DNA of 32,000 nt from an archaeon (GTDB lineage: Archaea; Iainarchaeota; Iainarchaeia; Iainarchaeales; JANQMZ01): the NCBI GenBank assembly GCA_028279805.1, contig JANQMZ010000007.1:450001-482000 (forward strand), read 5' to 3'. The notes beneath the pieces were generated by a model. It saw nothing but the letters and a program-made list of their open reading frames with translations, did no database searches and was not told the origin of the DNA. This document shows positions 14,733 through 24,511 of this stretch, one piece after another (within the stretch, counting starts at the first letter, position 1; the number at the start of each line of letters is the position of its first letter). Made by a program: the position numbers and the translations under genes.

Positions 14733-16547
14733 ATGAGTGTAAAATCAAAAGTTTATATTGATGGACGACTTGTCGGATTTCACCCAAATCCTGAAAAACT
14801 TTCAAAAGATTTGGTTAATTCCAGGCGTGAAAATAAAATTGACCCTCAGATTAATGTTGCTTTGAATGACAAAACAAAAGAGGTTTACATTAACACTGAT
14901 TCGGGCAGAGTTCAAAGGCCTTTGATTGTTGCAAAAAACGGAAAAACAACTTTAACTGAAGAAATTTTGCAAAAAATTGAAAAAAAAGAATTAAAATGGC
15001 AGGATTTGGTTGAAAAAGGAATAATTGAATACTTGGATGCAGAAGAAGAAGAAAATGCTTTGATTGCAGAAGAAGAAAAAGAGTTAACAGCCGGACACAC
15101 CCATATTGAAATAAATCCTTTAACAATGTTAAGTGTCATTTCTTCATTTATTCCGTATTTGAATCACAACATGGCAGGAAAAGCATTGCACGGAGCCAAA
15201 ATGTTTAAACAGGCAGCAGGCCTGGGGCAGATTAATTATAATTTGAGAACCGATACAGAGGGTTATTTGCTGCATTATCCTCAGAAAAGCCTGGTTAAAA
15301 CAAAAACAATGGATATGATTAACTTGGACAGGCGTCCTCAGATTCAAAATTTTGTCGTGGCAATAATGCCATATTATGGTTTTAATACGCTGGACGCGGT
15401 CATAATAAATGAAGCGGCTTTGCAGAGAAGCATGGGAAGAATGGCTTATTTTAGGACTTATGAAGCAAGCCAGAAAAGATATCCGGGCGGGCAAAAAGAT
15501 GCTTTTGAAATTCCGGATGAAGAAACAGTTGGCTTTTTAGGAGATGAAACTTATGCTGCTTTAGGCGAGGATGGTTTTGCTGAAATAGGAGCAAAAGTTA
15601 AAGAAAAAAGCGCGGTTATTGGAAGAACAAGCCCTCCGAGATTTTTGGAGGAGGTGTCAGATTTTGGAGTTGTGGATGAAAAGAAAAGAGATGCATCAGT
15701 TTCTGTCAGAAAAGAAAAAGGCGGATATGTTGACAGGGTTTTAATAACAGAAGATACAAACGGTTCAAAACTTGTAAAAGTAAAAATTCGTTCCGACATG
15801 AAGCCGGAAGTGGGTGACAAGTTTTCATCAAGGCACGGGCAAAAAGGAGTTGTAGGATTAATTGTTCCGGAAGAAGATATGCCTTTTACTTCACAGGGAG
15901 TAAAACCTGATTTGCTTTTGAACCCGCATTCAATTCCAAGCAGAATGACAATGGGGCATTTGCTTGAAATGCTTGCAGGAAAAGCAGCAAGCTTTAAAGG
16001 AGAACAAATTGATTCAACTCCTTTTAACAGCACTTCAATGGAAGAACTTGAAAAAATGCTGGAAAAAAGAAATGTGAACAAAACAGGCAGGGAAATTTTT
16101 TACGACGGAATTACAGGGGAAAAAATTCAGGGAGAAGTTTTTACAGGCGTTGTAGCTTACAGGCGTTTGTATCACATGGTTGCCCATAAAATGCAGGCCC
16201 GGTCAAGAGGCCCCGTGCAAATTTTAACAAGACAGCCGACTGAAGGAAAGGAAAAAGAAGGAGGCTTAAGATTCGGGGAAATGGAAGGAGAAACACTGGT
16301 AGGGCACGGAGCGGCAATGCTGTTGCAGGAAAAACTTGTTGAAGATTCTGACAAGTCAGTGCAGTTTGTTTCAGAAAAATCAGGATTAATTGCAATGAAT
16401 GACAGAATCAGGAACAGAAAATATTGCCCGGTCGGAGGCAGCGGAAAAATTTACCCGGTTGAAATGGGACACAGTTTCAAGTTATTGTTAGATGAATTAA
16501 AGGCTTTGGGAATTTATCCAAGGCTTGTGTTAAAAGATAAAGCGTGA
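14733..16547 (+). CDS. rpoB1: DNA-directed RNA polymerase subunit B' (C-terminal part of split Rpo2)
   Basis: 604 aa with Rpb2 hybrid-binding/wall/clamp motifs (GDKFSSRHGQKGV, NPHSIPSRMTMGHLLE, GGLRFGEMEGETL). The C-terminal zinc ribbon has degenerate ligands (see findings). Confidence 0.95.
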   Translation: MSVKSKVYIDGRLVGFHPNPEKLSKDLVNSRRENKIDPQINVALNDKTKEVYINTDSGRVQRPLIVAKNGKTTLTEEILQKIEKKELKWQDLVEKGIIEYLDAEEEENALIAEEEKELTAGHTHIEINPLTMLSVISSFIPYLNHNMAGKALHGAKMFKQAAGLGQINYNLRTDTEGYLLHYPQKSLVKTKTMDMINLDRRPQIQNFVVAIMPYYGFNTLDAVIINEAALQRSMGRMAYFRTYEASQKRYPGGQKDAFEIPDEETVGFLGDETYAALGEDGFAEIGAKVKEKSAVIGRTSPPRFLEEVSDFGVVDEKKRDASVSVRKEKGGYVDRVLITEDTNGSKLVKVKIRSDMKPEVGDKFSSRHGQKGVVGLIVPEEDMPFTSQGVKPDLLLNPHSIPSRMTMGHLLEMLAGKAASFKGEQIDSTPFNSTSMEELEKMLEKRNVNKTGREIFYDGITGEKIQGEVFTGVVAYRRLYHMVAHKMQARSRGPVQILTRQPTEGKEKEGGLRFGEMEGETLVGHGAAMLLQEKLVEDSDKSVQFVSEKSGLIAMNDRIRNRKYCPVGGSGKIYPVEMGHSFKLLLDELKALGIYPRLVLKDKA

Positions 16548-16551
16548 TAAA

Positions 16552-19152
16552 ATGCTGGAAAAAAAAATAAAGGAATTGGAATTCGGGTTAATGAGCCCTG
16601 AAATGATTAGAAAAATGTCAGTTGTTGAAATAAAAACACCTGAAACTTATGACAAGGATGGTTATCCTGTTGAAGAGGGTTTAATGGATTTGCACATGGG
16701 TGTAATTAGCCCCGGAATGCGGTGCAAAACTGACGGGCAGACAATGAAAAATTGCCCCGGATATTTTGGCCATTTGGAAATGGTTCGCCCTATTATTCAT
16801 CCAAAATTTTCAATCAATCTGGAAAAACTGTTAATGTCTACATGCAGAAAATGTGGAAAAATTTTGGTGCCCGCTGAAAAAATAAAAGCAATCCGTTCAA
16901 AACCGGGTTCTGAGGAAATGGCTAAAAAAATAAGGGATAAAGCAAAAACAATCAAAAAATGCCCACATTGTTCAAAAAAAGATGAAAAAATTTCATTAGA
17001 CAAGCCAACAAATTTTTATCTGGGAAAAGAAAGAATTTATCCGGCTGAAATAAGAGAATGGGTTGAAAGAGTTTCAGATGAAGATGCTTTGCTTTTAGGA
17101 TTTAAACCAGACATTTTAAGACCGGAATGGCTTATAATGACTGTTCTGCCCGTGCCTCCAATTACAATCAGGCCGAGCATTACACTTGAAACAGGAATGA
17201 AATCAGAAGATGATTTAACACACAAACTTGTTGACATTATAAGAATTAATACCCGGTTAAAGGATAATATTGATGCCGGTGCTCCCCAATTAATTATTGA
17301 AGATTTGTGGGATTTGTTACAGTATCATGTTACAACATATTTTGATAATCAGACAGCTGGTGTGCCGCCTGCAAAACACAGGAGTGGGCGGGCACTAAGA
17401 ACGCTTGTCCAAAGACTGAAAGGAAAGAAGGGCAGATTCAGATATAATTTGACAGGAAAAAGAGTTAATTTTGCGGCCCGTTCGACAATCAGTCCCGACC
17501 CGTTTATTTCAATTAATGAAATTGGTGTTCCTCAAAGAATTGCAGATGATTTAACTGTTCCTGAAAAAGTTTTGGACTGGAACAAAAAAGATTTGCAAAA
17601 ACTTATTAAGGAAACAGATAAAGCTGTTTCTGTTTTAAGAACAGACCAGAGAAGAAAAATTGTAACAGAAGAAACAAGAAAAGAAATTGCAAAAGAGCTT
17701 GACCTTGGTTTTATTGTTGAAAGAAAATTACAGGACGGAGACATTGTTTTGTTTAACAGGCAGCCGTCTTTGCACAGATTATCAATGCTTGCACATAAAG
17801 TCAGAATAATGGACGGAAAAACTTTCAGGTTAAACCCGGTTGTATGCAAGCCATATAACGCCGACTTTGACGGGGATGAAATGAACATGCATGTTCCACA
17901 AACACAGGAAGGCATTGCAGAAGCAAGAGAATTAATGTATGTCCAGGAACAGGTTATTAGCCCGAGGTACGGAGCGCCTGTAATTGTTTTAGATGAAGAT
18001 GGCATTACAGGAACATATATTCTGACAATGGATCAGACAGAGTTTTCAGAGAAAGAAGCATTTAAACTGTTTTACGAACTTGGTTTTGACAAGTTTCCAA
18101 AACCGGACCGGGGCAAAAACTATTCAGGAAAATTAATTTTTTCACAGTTGTTGCCAAAAGATTTGAATTTGTCTTACAAGTCAAAAACTTTTGAAGTTTT
18201 AGAAAAACTTGATTCAAAAGAAAAAACTTTAGGAGAAAAATCAAAACACTGGGTTCACATTAAAAACGGCAAACTGATTTCAGGAACAATTGATGAAAAT
18301 TCTTTGGGGGAGATCAGCGGGGTTTTGATTGACACGCTTGCAAGAGAATATCCTCATGACGTTATTTCAAATTTTTACAACAAGTTAAACAAAATTATTG
18401 GATGGGTTATCACAATCAAAGGTTTAACTGTCGGGCTTGATGAATATGAAATTAATGACAAAATAAAAAAATTAAGGGAAAAAGCGGTTAAAGAGGAACT
18501 GGATGAAGCTGAAAAACTTGTAAAAGAATATAAAAAAGGCAGCTTGCAGTTAATTCCGGGAAGAACTTTGGATGAAAGTTTTGAAACAAAAATGTTACAG
18601 TTAGGAGCAAAAGTCAAAGGAAAAGTTGAAAAAGAATTAATGAAAGAAAAACTTGAATCAGTTTTACAGGAAAATCCTGTTCTGAATACAAGCCTGATGA
18701 TTATAGCAGGTTCCAGGGGAAATGCTACAAATCTGATGAACATTGCAGGATTCTGGGGGCAGGCATCTGTAAGGGCAGGCAGGCCAAAAAGCGGTTTTTC
18801 AAACAGAATTCTGGCATTAAGCCAAAAAGGAGATGTCGGGGCTACAGCAGGAGGATTTATTGAACAAAGCCTGCTGGAAGGATTAAAAGGATCAGAATAT
18901 TTTTACCACTCAATTGGTGGAAGGCAGGGAGAAGTTGATACCGGTGTTTCAACAAAAGTTTCAGGTTATTTGTACAGAAGACTGGCAAATTCTCTGAAAG
19001 AATTAAGCGTTAAAAACGATGCAACTGTCAGGACAAGTGCAAACAAAATAGTGCAGTTAAAATACGGAGAAGACGGAGTTTTTCCGATGAAAACAAAAAA
19101 AGGAAAAGCAATAGATGTTGCAAAAGTTTTCAAAAAAATAAAACAAAAGTGA
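16552..19152 (+). CDS. rpoA1: DNA-directed RNA polymerase subunit A' (Rpo1N)
   Basis: 866 aa with the catalytic NADFDGDEMN motif, LFNRQPSLHRLSM and CPGYFGH. Confidence 0.95.
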   Translation: MLEKKIKELEFGLMSPEMIRKMSVVEIKTPETYDKDGYPVEEGLMDLHMGVISPGMRCKTDGQTMKNCPGYFGHLEMVRPIIHPKFSINLEKLLMSTCRKCGKILVPAEKIKAIRSKPGSEEMAKKIRDKAKTIKKCPHCSKKDEKISLDKPTNFYLGKERIYPAEIREWVERVSDEDALLLGFKPDILRPEWLIMTVLPVPPITIRPSITLETGMKSEDDLTHKLVDIIRINTRLKDNIDAGAPQLIIEDLWDLLQYHVTTYFDNQTAGVPPAKHRSGRALRTLVQRLKGKKGRFRYNLTGKRVNFAARSTISPDPFISINEIGVPQRIADDLTVPEKVLDWNKKDLQKLIKETDKAVSVLRTDQRRKIVTEETRKEIAKELDLGFIVERKLQDGDIVLFNRQPSLHRLSMLAHKVRIMDGKTFRLNPVVCKPYNADFDGDEMNMHVPQTQEGIAEARELMYVQEQVISPRYGAPVIVLDEDGITGTYILTMDQTEFSEKEAFKLFYELGFDKFPKPDRGKNYSGKLIFSQLLPKDLNLSYKSKTFEVLEKLDSKEKTLGEKSKHWVHIKNGKLISGTIDENSLGEISGVLIDTLAREYPHDVISNFYNKLNKIIGWVITIKGLTVGLDEYEINDKIKKLREKAVKEELDEAEKLVKEYKKGSLQLIPGRTLDESFETKMLQLGAKVKGKVEKELMKEKLESVLQENPVLNTSLMIIAGSRGNATNLMNIAGFWGQASVRAGRPKSGFSNRILALSQKGDVGATAGGFIEQSLLEGLKGSEYFYHSIGGRQGEVDTGVSTKVSGYLYRRLANSLKELSVKNDATVRTSANKIVQLKYGEDGVFPMKTKKGKAIDVAKVFKKIKQK

Positions 19153-19159
19153 TTAAAAA

Positions 19160-20437
19160 ATGCCTAAAAAGAAAACCGTTAAAACAAAAACTTTAAAGAA
19201 AAAAATAAAGGCTTCTGTGAAAAAAACAAAAAAGGCAAAAAAAACCGTTAAAAAAATTAAAAAAGCTGTTAAAAAGAAAAAAACTGTTAAAACAGTTGTA
19301 AAAAAAGAAAAACCGGTTAAAAAAGACTGGGAAGATTTTGGTTTGCCAAAACTTGTCTGGGATGAAACGCATTCTTTTGCAGCTGAAAACAATTTGTCTG
19401 ATGCGGAAAAACAAAAATTGCTGGATGAAATAAAATCAATGTATAACGCTTTACAGGTTGAAAACGGGGAAGCTGTTGGCATAGTGGCAGCGCAATCGTT
19501 GGGAGAACCGGGAACACAGCTTACTTTGAGAACAAAGCACTTTGCAGGTGCTGCAGAGGTTTCAGTGGGTTCAGGTATTCAGAGAGTTGAAGAAATTGTT
19601 GACGGGAGAAGCAAGGCAAGATATGCCACAATGACAATTTATCTGAATGAAGAATTAAGAAAAGATGAGCAAAAAGCTGATGCGTTTGCAAAATCTTTAA
19701 TTAATGTCAGAGCGCAGGACCTGGTTTCAATTAATGAAGATTTTGACAAGAGAACTGTTTCAATTGAAGTTAATGTAAAAAAAGCAAAAGAAAACCAAAT
19801 TGAAGCAGAAGAACTTGTTGAAAAATTAAAAAGCCAGATTGAAAACGGAAAAACTTCAAAAAGAAAAAATGTTTTAACAATAAATTATGATAAAAAACAT
19901 CCTTTGTTAAAAATAAGAAAAGAATTAATCAAGCTTTTGAAAAAAAGAGTCGGCGGGGTTGCAGGCATTGAAAAAACAATTTTGTTCCATGAAAACGGGG
20001 AATACATTATAAAAACAAGCGGAACAAATTTGAAATCTGTTTTAAGAAAAAAAGAAGTTGACCCTACAAGAACAATTACAAATGACATTGTTGAAATTTC
20101 AAAAGTGCTGGGAATTGAAGCTTCAAGAACAGCATTAATAGAGGAATTAAACAAAACACTTGAAGAAAACGGCATACTGGTTGACATCAGGCATATTATT
20201 CTGCTTGCAGACCTTGTTTCATTTTCAGGTGAAATAAAAGGAACAGTCAGAACAGGGGTAATGAGAGCAAAATCAAGCCCTTTTGCAAAAGCAGCTTTTG
20301 AGGAAACAACAAAACATTTACTGGCAGCAGCTTTCAAGGGAGAAAAAGAAAAACTGCAGGGAGTAATTGAAAACATTATCGTGGGACAGCCAATCAAACT
20401 TGGCACAGGCGTAGTAAAACTGATAATGAAGGAATGA
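19160..20437 (+). CDS. rpoA2: DNA-directed RNA polymerase subunit A'' (Rpo1C) with a ~55-aa Lys-rich N-terminal extension
   Basis: [28 protein letters not shown] is the trigger-loop region. The N-terminal 55 aa are K/V/T-rich (KKTVK-type repeats). Confidence 0.9.
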   Translation: MPKKKTVKTKTLKKKIKASVKKTKKAKKTVKKIKKAVKKKKTVKTVVKKEKPVKKDWEDFGLPKLVWDETHSFAAENNLSDAEKQKLLDEIKSMYNALQVENGEAVGIVAAQSLGEPGTQLTLRTKHFAGAAEVSVGSGIQRVEEIVDGRSKARYATMTIYLNEELRKDEQKADAFAKSLINVRAQDLVSINEDFDKRTVSIEVNVKKAKENQIEAEELVEKLKSQIENGKTSKRKNVLTINYDKKHPLLKIRKELIKLLKKRVGGVAGIEKTILFHENGEYIIKTSGTNLKSVLRKKEVDPTRTITNDIVEISKVLGIEASRTALIEELNKTLEENGILVDIRHIILLADLVSFSGEIKGTVRTGVMRAKSSPFAKAAFEETTKHLLAAAFKGEKEKLQGVIENIIVGQPIKLGTGVVKLIMKE

Positions 20438-20739
20438 TTCAAATGGATGAAACAACTGAAATCAGAAGAGCTGTTGATACAGGAAAAGTTTTGCTTGGAT
20501 TAAGGGAAACTGAAAAAAATGTTCTCAAAGGAAACGGAAAACTTGTTGTTGTAAGCAACAATTTGAATGAAAAGGAAAGAGAAAAACTGGAACATGTGGC
20601 AAAACTTTCAGATATAAAAATTTATTTTTTTAAAGGAAATTCTATTCAGCTTGGCTCAGTTTGCGGAAAACCTTTTCCGGTTTCAGTTTTGTTAATTCAG
20701 AAAGAGGGAAAAAGCGACATTTTAACAATAACAAAATAA
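20434..20739 (+). CDS. rpl30e: Ribosomal protein L30e (eL30)
   Basis: [27 protein letters not shown] matches the L30e/L7Ae-fold pattern. It holds the conserved position after rpoA2, with an ATGA overlap. Confidence 0.85.
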   Translation: MIQMDETTEIRRAVDTGKVLLGLRETEKNVLKGNGKLVVVSNNLNEKEREKLEHVAKLSDIKIYFFKGNSIQLGSVCGKPFPVSVLLIQKEGKSDILTITK

Positions 20740-20749
20740 CAGGGATACA

Positions 20750-21148
20750 ATGAAACTGTCAAAAGATGATATTTTTTTTATAAACGAGTTTCAGTCTGTG
20801 ACCGGAGTAACAGCAAAAGACTGTATTAATGACGGAAAAACTGTTTCTTTTCTTGTTGAAGATGAAAAAATGGGAAAAGCAATCGGAAAAAATGCAAATA
20901 ATATAAAACAACTTGCAAAAAAATTAAATAAAACAATTGAAATTATCGGTTTTTTTGAAAATGCTGAAACATTTTTACAAAAAGCTTTTAACAAATATGA
21001 TACAAAAATTGAAATTAAAAACGAAAAAGTGGTTATTCAGACTGATGCAGAAGCAAAAATGAACATTTTAAGGAACAAAAAACGATTTGAAAGGATTAAA
21101 AACTTTACAAACAGAAATTATAATATTGAGGAAATTAGGTTGAAGTAA
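20750..21148 (+). CDS. nusA: Archaeal NusA-like protein (KH domains)
   Basis: 132 aa with the KH-type [26 protein letters not shown] segment. It holds the conserved position between rpl30e and rps12. Confidence 0.8.
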   Translation: MKLSKDDIFFINEFQSVTGVTAKDCINDGKTVSFLVEDEKMGKAIGKNANNIKQLAKKLNKTIEIIGFFENAETFLQKAFNKYDTKIEIKNEKVVIQTDAEAKMNILRNKKRFERIKNFTNRNYNIEEIRLK

Positions 21149-21149
21149 T

Positions 21150-21578
21150 ATGGCAGTAGGAGAATTTGCAGCAAGACAGCTTGAAAAAAAAAGAAAGAAA
21201 TGGAGATGGAAAAAAGCGCATTACAAGCTTAAAATGAAAGGTTTAACACAAAAATATGACCTTTTAGAGGGAGCTCCTCAGGCTAAAGGAATTGTTATTG
21301 AAAAAAGAGGAGTTACGGCAAGACAGCCAAACTCAGGAATAAGAAAATGTGTCAGGATCCAGTTAATTAAAAACGGAAAACAGCTGACCGCGTTAGCCCC
21401 GAGGGATGGAGCAATAAAATTTATAGATGAACATGACGAGGTTACAATTGAAGGAATTGGCGGCAGTAAAAAAGGAGCAAAAGGAGATTTGTGGGGAGTA
21501 AAATACAAAGTTGTAAAAGTAAACAATCAAAGTCTGGAAATGTTAAGAACAGGCAAAAAAGAAAAAGTTAAAAGGTAA
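21150..21578 (+). CDS. rps12: Ribosomal protein S12 (uS12)
   Basis: [58 protein letters not shown] is a canonical uS12 core. Confidence 0.95.
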   Translation: MAVGEFAARQLEKKRKKWRWKKAHYKLKMKGLTQKYDLLEGAPQAKGIVIEKRGVTARQPNSGIRKCVRIQLIKNGKQLTALAPRDGAIKFIDEHDEVTIEGIGGSKKGAKGDLWGVKYKVVKVNNQSLEMLRTGKKEKVKR

Positions 21579-21583
21579 ATAAA

Positions 21584-22186
21584 ATGAGTTTAATTTTTGA
21601 CAGATGGTCAACGGAAGGCATTGTAATAAGGGATATCAGCCTGGCCAGATATATTAGCCTGGATACGCCTACAGTACCACATTCTTTCGGAAGAAAAAAC
21701 CAGAGAAGGTTTGAAAAAGCCACAATAAATGTTGTTGAAAGATTAATAAACAAGGTAATGCGTTCAGGCCAGGGCAAAAGAAAATTATCAGGAAAATATA
21801 TCCGGGGAAGAAATTCAACCGGTAAAAAAATTCAGGCAATAAATCTTGTTGAAAATGCTTTTGAAAAAATTGAACAAAAAACAAAAAAAAATCCTATTCA
21901 GATTTTAGTTGAAGCAATAGAAAATGCAGCTCCAAGAGAAGACATTACAAGAATAAAAAAAGGAGGCATTTCCTATTCACAGGCAGTTGACATTGCCCCA
22001 ATGAGAAGAATGGATGAAGCTTTAAAAAATTTGGCATTATCAGCTTTTTCAAGTTCTTTTAATAACAAAAGAAAAGCATCTGATTCTCTGGCGGAGGAAC
22101 TTATTCTGGCTTCACAAGGAGACATTAAAAGTTTTTCAGTTAAAAGAAGAGATGAAGTTGAAAGAATTGCAAAAAGCAGCAGATAA
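21584..22186 (+). CDS. rps7: Ribosomal protein S7 (uS7)
   Basis: The 200-aa ORF has uS7 motifs (VERLINKVMRSG, AVDIAPMRRMDEALKNL), and its position follows rps12. Confidence 0.9.
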   Translation: MSLIFDRWSTEGIVIRDISLARYISLDTPTVPHSFGRKNQRRFEKATINVVERLINKVMRSGQGKRKLSGKYIRGRNSTGKKIQAINLVENAFEKIEQKTKKNPIQILVEAIENAAPREDITRIKKGGISYSQAVDIAPMRRMDEALKNLALSAFSSSFNNKRKASDSLAEELILASQGDIKSFSVKRRDEVERIAKSSR

Positions 22187-22201
22187 TGAAAAGGTGTTAG
22201 T

Positions 22202-24397
22202 ATGGGCAGAAGAGAGGACATGGTAAAAGAAGCTGAAGATTTAATGGGCAATCTTAACAATATTAGAAATATCGGAATTGTTGCACATATTGACCATGGC
22301 AAAACAACAATGACTGATTCTTTAATTGCAGCAGCCGGACTAATATCAGAAGAATTAGCAGGAAAACAATTGTTCATGGATTCATACCATTTGGAACAGG
22401 AAAGAGGAATAACAATTAATGCTGCAAACATTTCAGTTGTATATCCTTATGAAAATGAAACTTTTTTGATTAATGTTATTGACACTCCGGGACACGTTGA
22501 TTTCGGCGGGGATGTTATCAGGGCAATGAGGGCTGTTGACGGCGTTGTTGTATTAATTGACGCTGTTGAAGGGCCGATGCCTCAGACTGAAACTGTTATA
22601 AGACAGGCTTTGAAAGAAAACTGCAAACCCACTTTGTTTATCAACAAAGTTGACAGGCTTATTAATGAACTGCAGGTTGATGAAAAAGAAATGCAGGAAA
22701 AATTTGTCAAAAATATTGCAAAAGTTAATGCGTTGATTGAAAAAAATGCTCCGGCACAGTTTGCAGATGAATGGAAAGTAAGTGTTGAAAACGGAACAGT
22801 GGTATTCGGTTCAGCTTTATACAAATGGGGAATATCCGTGCCTCAGATGAAAAAAACAGGAATAACTTTTAAGGACATTTATGAAAATTTGTCAAAAGAA
22901 GACGGGCAAAAAGAATTATCCAAAAAAATTCCTTTATACAAGTCAATAATGGAAATGGTTATAGAGCATTTGCCAGATCCTTCCCAGGCACAAAAATACA
23001 GAATTCCTGAAATATGGAAAGGGGAGTCAGAATCAGAAGCCGGAAAAGGAATGATTGAATGTTCAAAAGATTCTCCTCTTGCAATGATGATAACAAATGT
23101 AAGTGTTGACCCGCATGCAGGAGAAATTGCAACAGGCAGAATATATTCGGGTTCTGTTCAGAAAGGAATGAAATTAAAATTAATGAGCCAGAAAAAAGAT
23201 GTTTCAATTCAGCAAGTCGGAGTTTACATGGGGCCCAACAGAATTAATGTTGAAAAAATTCCGGCCGGAAATATTGCGGCTTTGGTGGGCGTGAGAGATG
23301 TTTATGTCGGTGAAACTGTTAGCACGCAGGAAATTGAACAGTTTGAAAGCTTTAAAACAGCAGCAGAACCGGTTATGACTATCAGTGTTGAAGCCAAGCA
23401 AACAAAAGATTTGCCAAAGCTTGTTGAAGTGTTAAGGGAAATAACAAAAGCAGATCCAAATATCAGGGCTTCAATTAACCAGGATACCGGGGAACACTTG
23501 TTAAGCGGAATGGGAGAACTGCATTTGGATGTAACTCAGACAAGAATAAGCGTTGACCATGGTATTCCCATAAATGTTTCAGAGCCGATTGTTGTTTACA
23601 GGGAAACAATCAGAAGCAAAAGCCAGGAATTAATGGGCAAAAGTCCAAACAAACACAACCAGTTAAAAATGACTGTTGAACCCATGAGTGAAGAAATGTT
23701 TGAAAAATTATCAGAATCCGGTTTGAACGGAAAAATTAAAAAAACTGATAAAGATGCTTTGAAAAAATTACAGGACGCAGGCTTTTCAACAGATGAATCA
23801 AAAAAAGTCTGGTGGCTGCACAACAACAATGTTTTGGTTAACAATACGCGGGGAATACAGGCTTTGCATGAAATTCAGGAGTTAGTTTGTGAAGCTTTTA
23901 TGAATGTAATGAATGAAGGGCCTTTGGCAATGGAAAAATGCACAAAATTAATTGTAAGACTGCATGATGCAAAATTACATGAAGATGCTATTCATCGTGG
24001 ACCAGCCCAGATTTTGCCTGTTGTCCAGAGAACAGTTTATGCCTGTATGCTTCAAGCCGGTGCCATAATTTTGGAACCAAAACAAAAACTGTATATTTCC
24101 GTGCCACAAGATTTTATGGGTGCGGCTTCAAAAGAATTGAATCAAAGGAGAGCTCAGATTAGTGAAATGAATACAGAAGGAGATTCAACTGTAATGCTTG
24201 CCATTGCCCCTGTAAAAGAATTAATAGGGTTTTCATCAGAAATAAGGAGCGTTACGCAGGGCAGGGCGATCTGGACAGCTGAATTTTCAGGTTATGACCC
24301 ATTACCGGAACAAATGCAAAAAGAAGTTATAAAGGAAGTCAGAACAAGAAAAGGCATGGAACCTGAACCCAAAAATTACGCTTATTTCCTTGAATAA
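22202..24397 (+). CDS. fusA: Elongation factor 2 (aEF-2)
   Basis: It has G1 AHIDHGKTT and G3 DTPGHVDF. The diphthamide loop HEDAIHRGPAQI is present. Length is 731 aa. Confidence 0.95.
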   Translation: MGRREDMVKEAEDLMGNLNNIRNIGIVAHIDHGKTTMTDSLIAAAGLISEELAGKQLFMDSYHLEQERGITINAANISVVYPYENETFLINVIDTPGHVDFGGDVIRAMRAVDGVVVLIDAVEGPMPQTETVIRQALKENCKPTLFINKVDRLINELQVDEKEMQEKFVKNIAKVNALIEKNAPAQFADEWKVSVENGTVVFGSALYKWGISVPQMKKTGITFKDIYENLSKEDGQKELSKKIPLYKSIMEMVIEHLPDPSQAQKYRIPEIWKGESESEAGKGMIECSKDSPLAMMITNVSVDPHAGEIATGRIYSGSVQKGMKLKLMSQKKDVSIQQVGVYMGPNRINVEKIPAGNIAALVGVRDVYVGETVSTQEIEQFESFKTAAEPVMTISVEAKQTKDLPKLVEVLREITKADPNIRASINQDTGEHLLSGMGELHLDVTQTRISVDHGIPINVSEPIVVYRETIRSKSQELMGKSPNKHNQLKMTVEPMSEEMFEKLSESGLNGKIKKTDKDALKKLQDAGFSTDESKKVWWLHNNNVLVNNTRGIQALHEIQELVCEAFMNVMNEGPLAMEKCTKLIVRLHDAKLHEDAIHRGPAQILPVVQRTVYACMLQAGAIILEPKQKLYISVPQDFMGAASKELNQRRAQISEMNTEGDSTVMLAIAPVKELIGFSSEIRSVTQGRAIWTAEFSGYDPLPEQMQKEVIKEVRTRKGMEPEPKNYAYFLE

Positions 24398-24511
24398 AGA
24401 GGTTTTTTAAAGCTAATGTATGAATAATATTAGTTGCATTGCACTTAGGTGTTGAATTAAAAGCATTAGGAAGCGTTTTTAAAAAAAAATAGTTTTTTAG
24501 GTGATGAAAGA

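Noticed and set aside
13695-16395. Multiple 75-176-aa ORFs antisense to rpoB2/rpoB1 (13695..14054, 13907..14251, 14890..15139, 15144..15494, 15551..16081, 16141..16395)
   Set aside because: They overlap unambiguous RNA polymerase coding sequence. They are S/F/L-rich mirror translations with no motifs.
19160-19324. AAAAC(C/T)GTTAAAA reiterations considered as a non-coding tandem repeat or insertion
   Set aside because: The units keep the rpoA2 reading frame open and encode a coherent K-(T/A/P)-V-K pattern. They are treated as a coding low-complexity extension (see findings).
16797-20442. Antisense ORFs within rpoA1/rpoA2 (for example 17532..18005, 18375..18743, 19153..19482, 19885..20442)
   Set aside because: The reason is the same as for the rpoB antisense ORFs. 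19153..19482 is the F-rich complement of the Lys-rich rpoA2 5' region.
21973-22431. 152-aa ORF antisense across the rps7/aEF-2 junction, plus other antisense ORFs in aEF-2, aEF-1alpha, rpiB and rtcB
   Set aside because: They overlap highly conserved translation genes and have no independent support.
24398-24511. aEF-2/aEF-1alpha intergenic region checked for a tRNA or structured RNA
   Set aside because: It has only short A/T-rich near-palindromes. An SD for tuf is present, but I could not place a promoter confidently.
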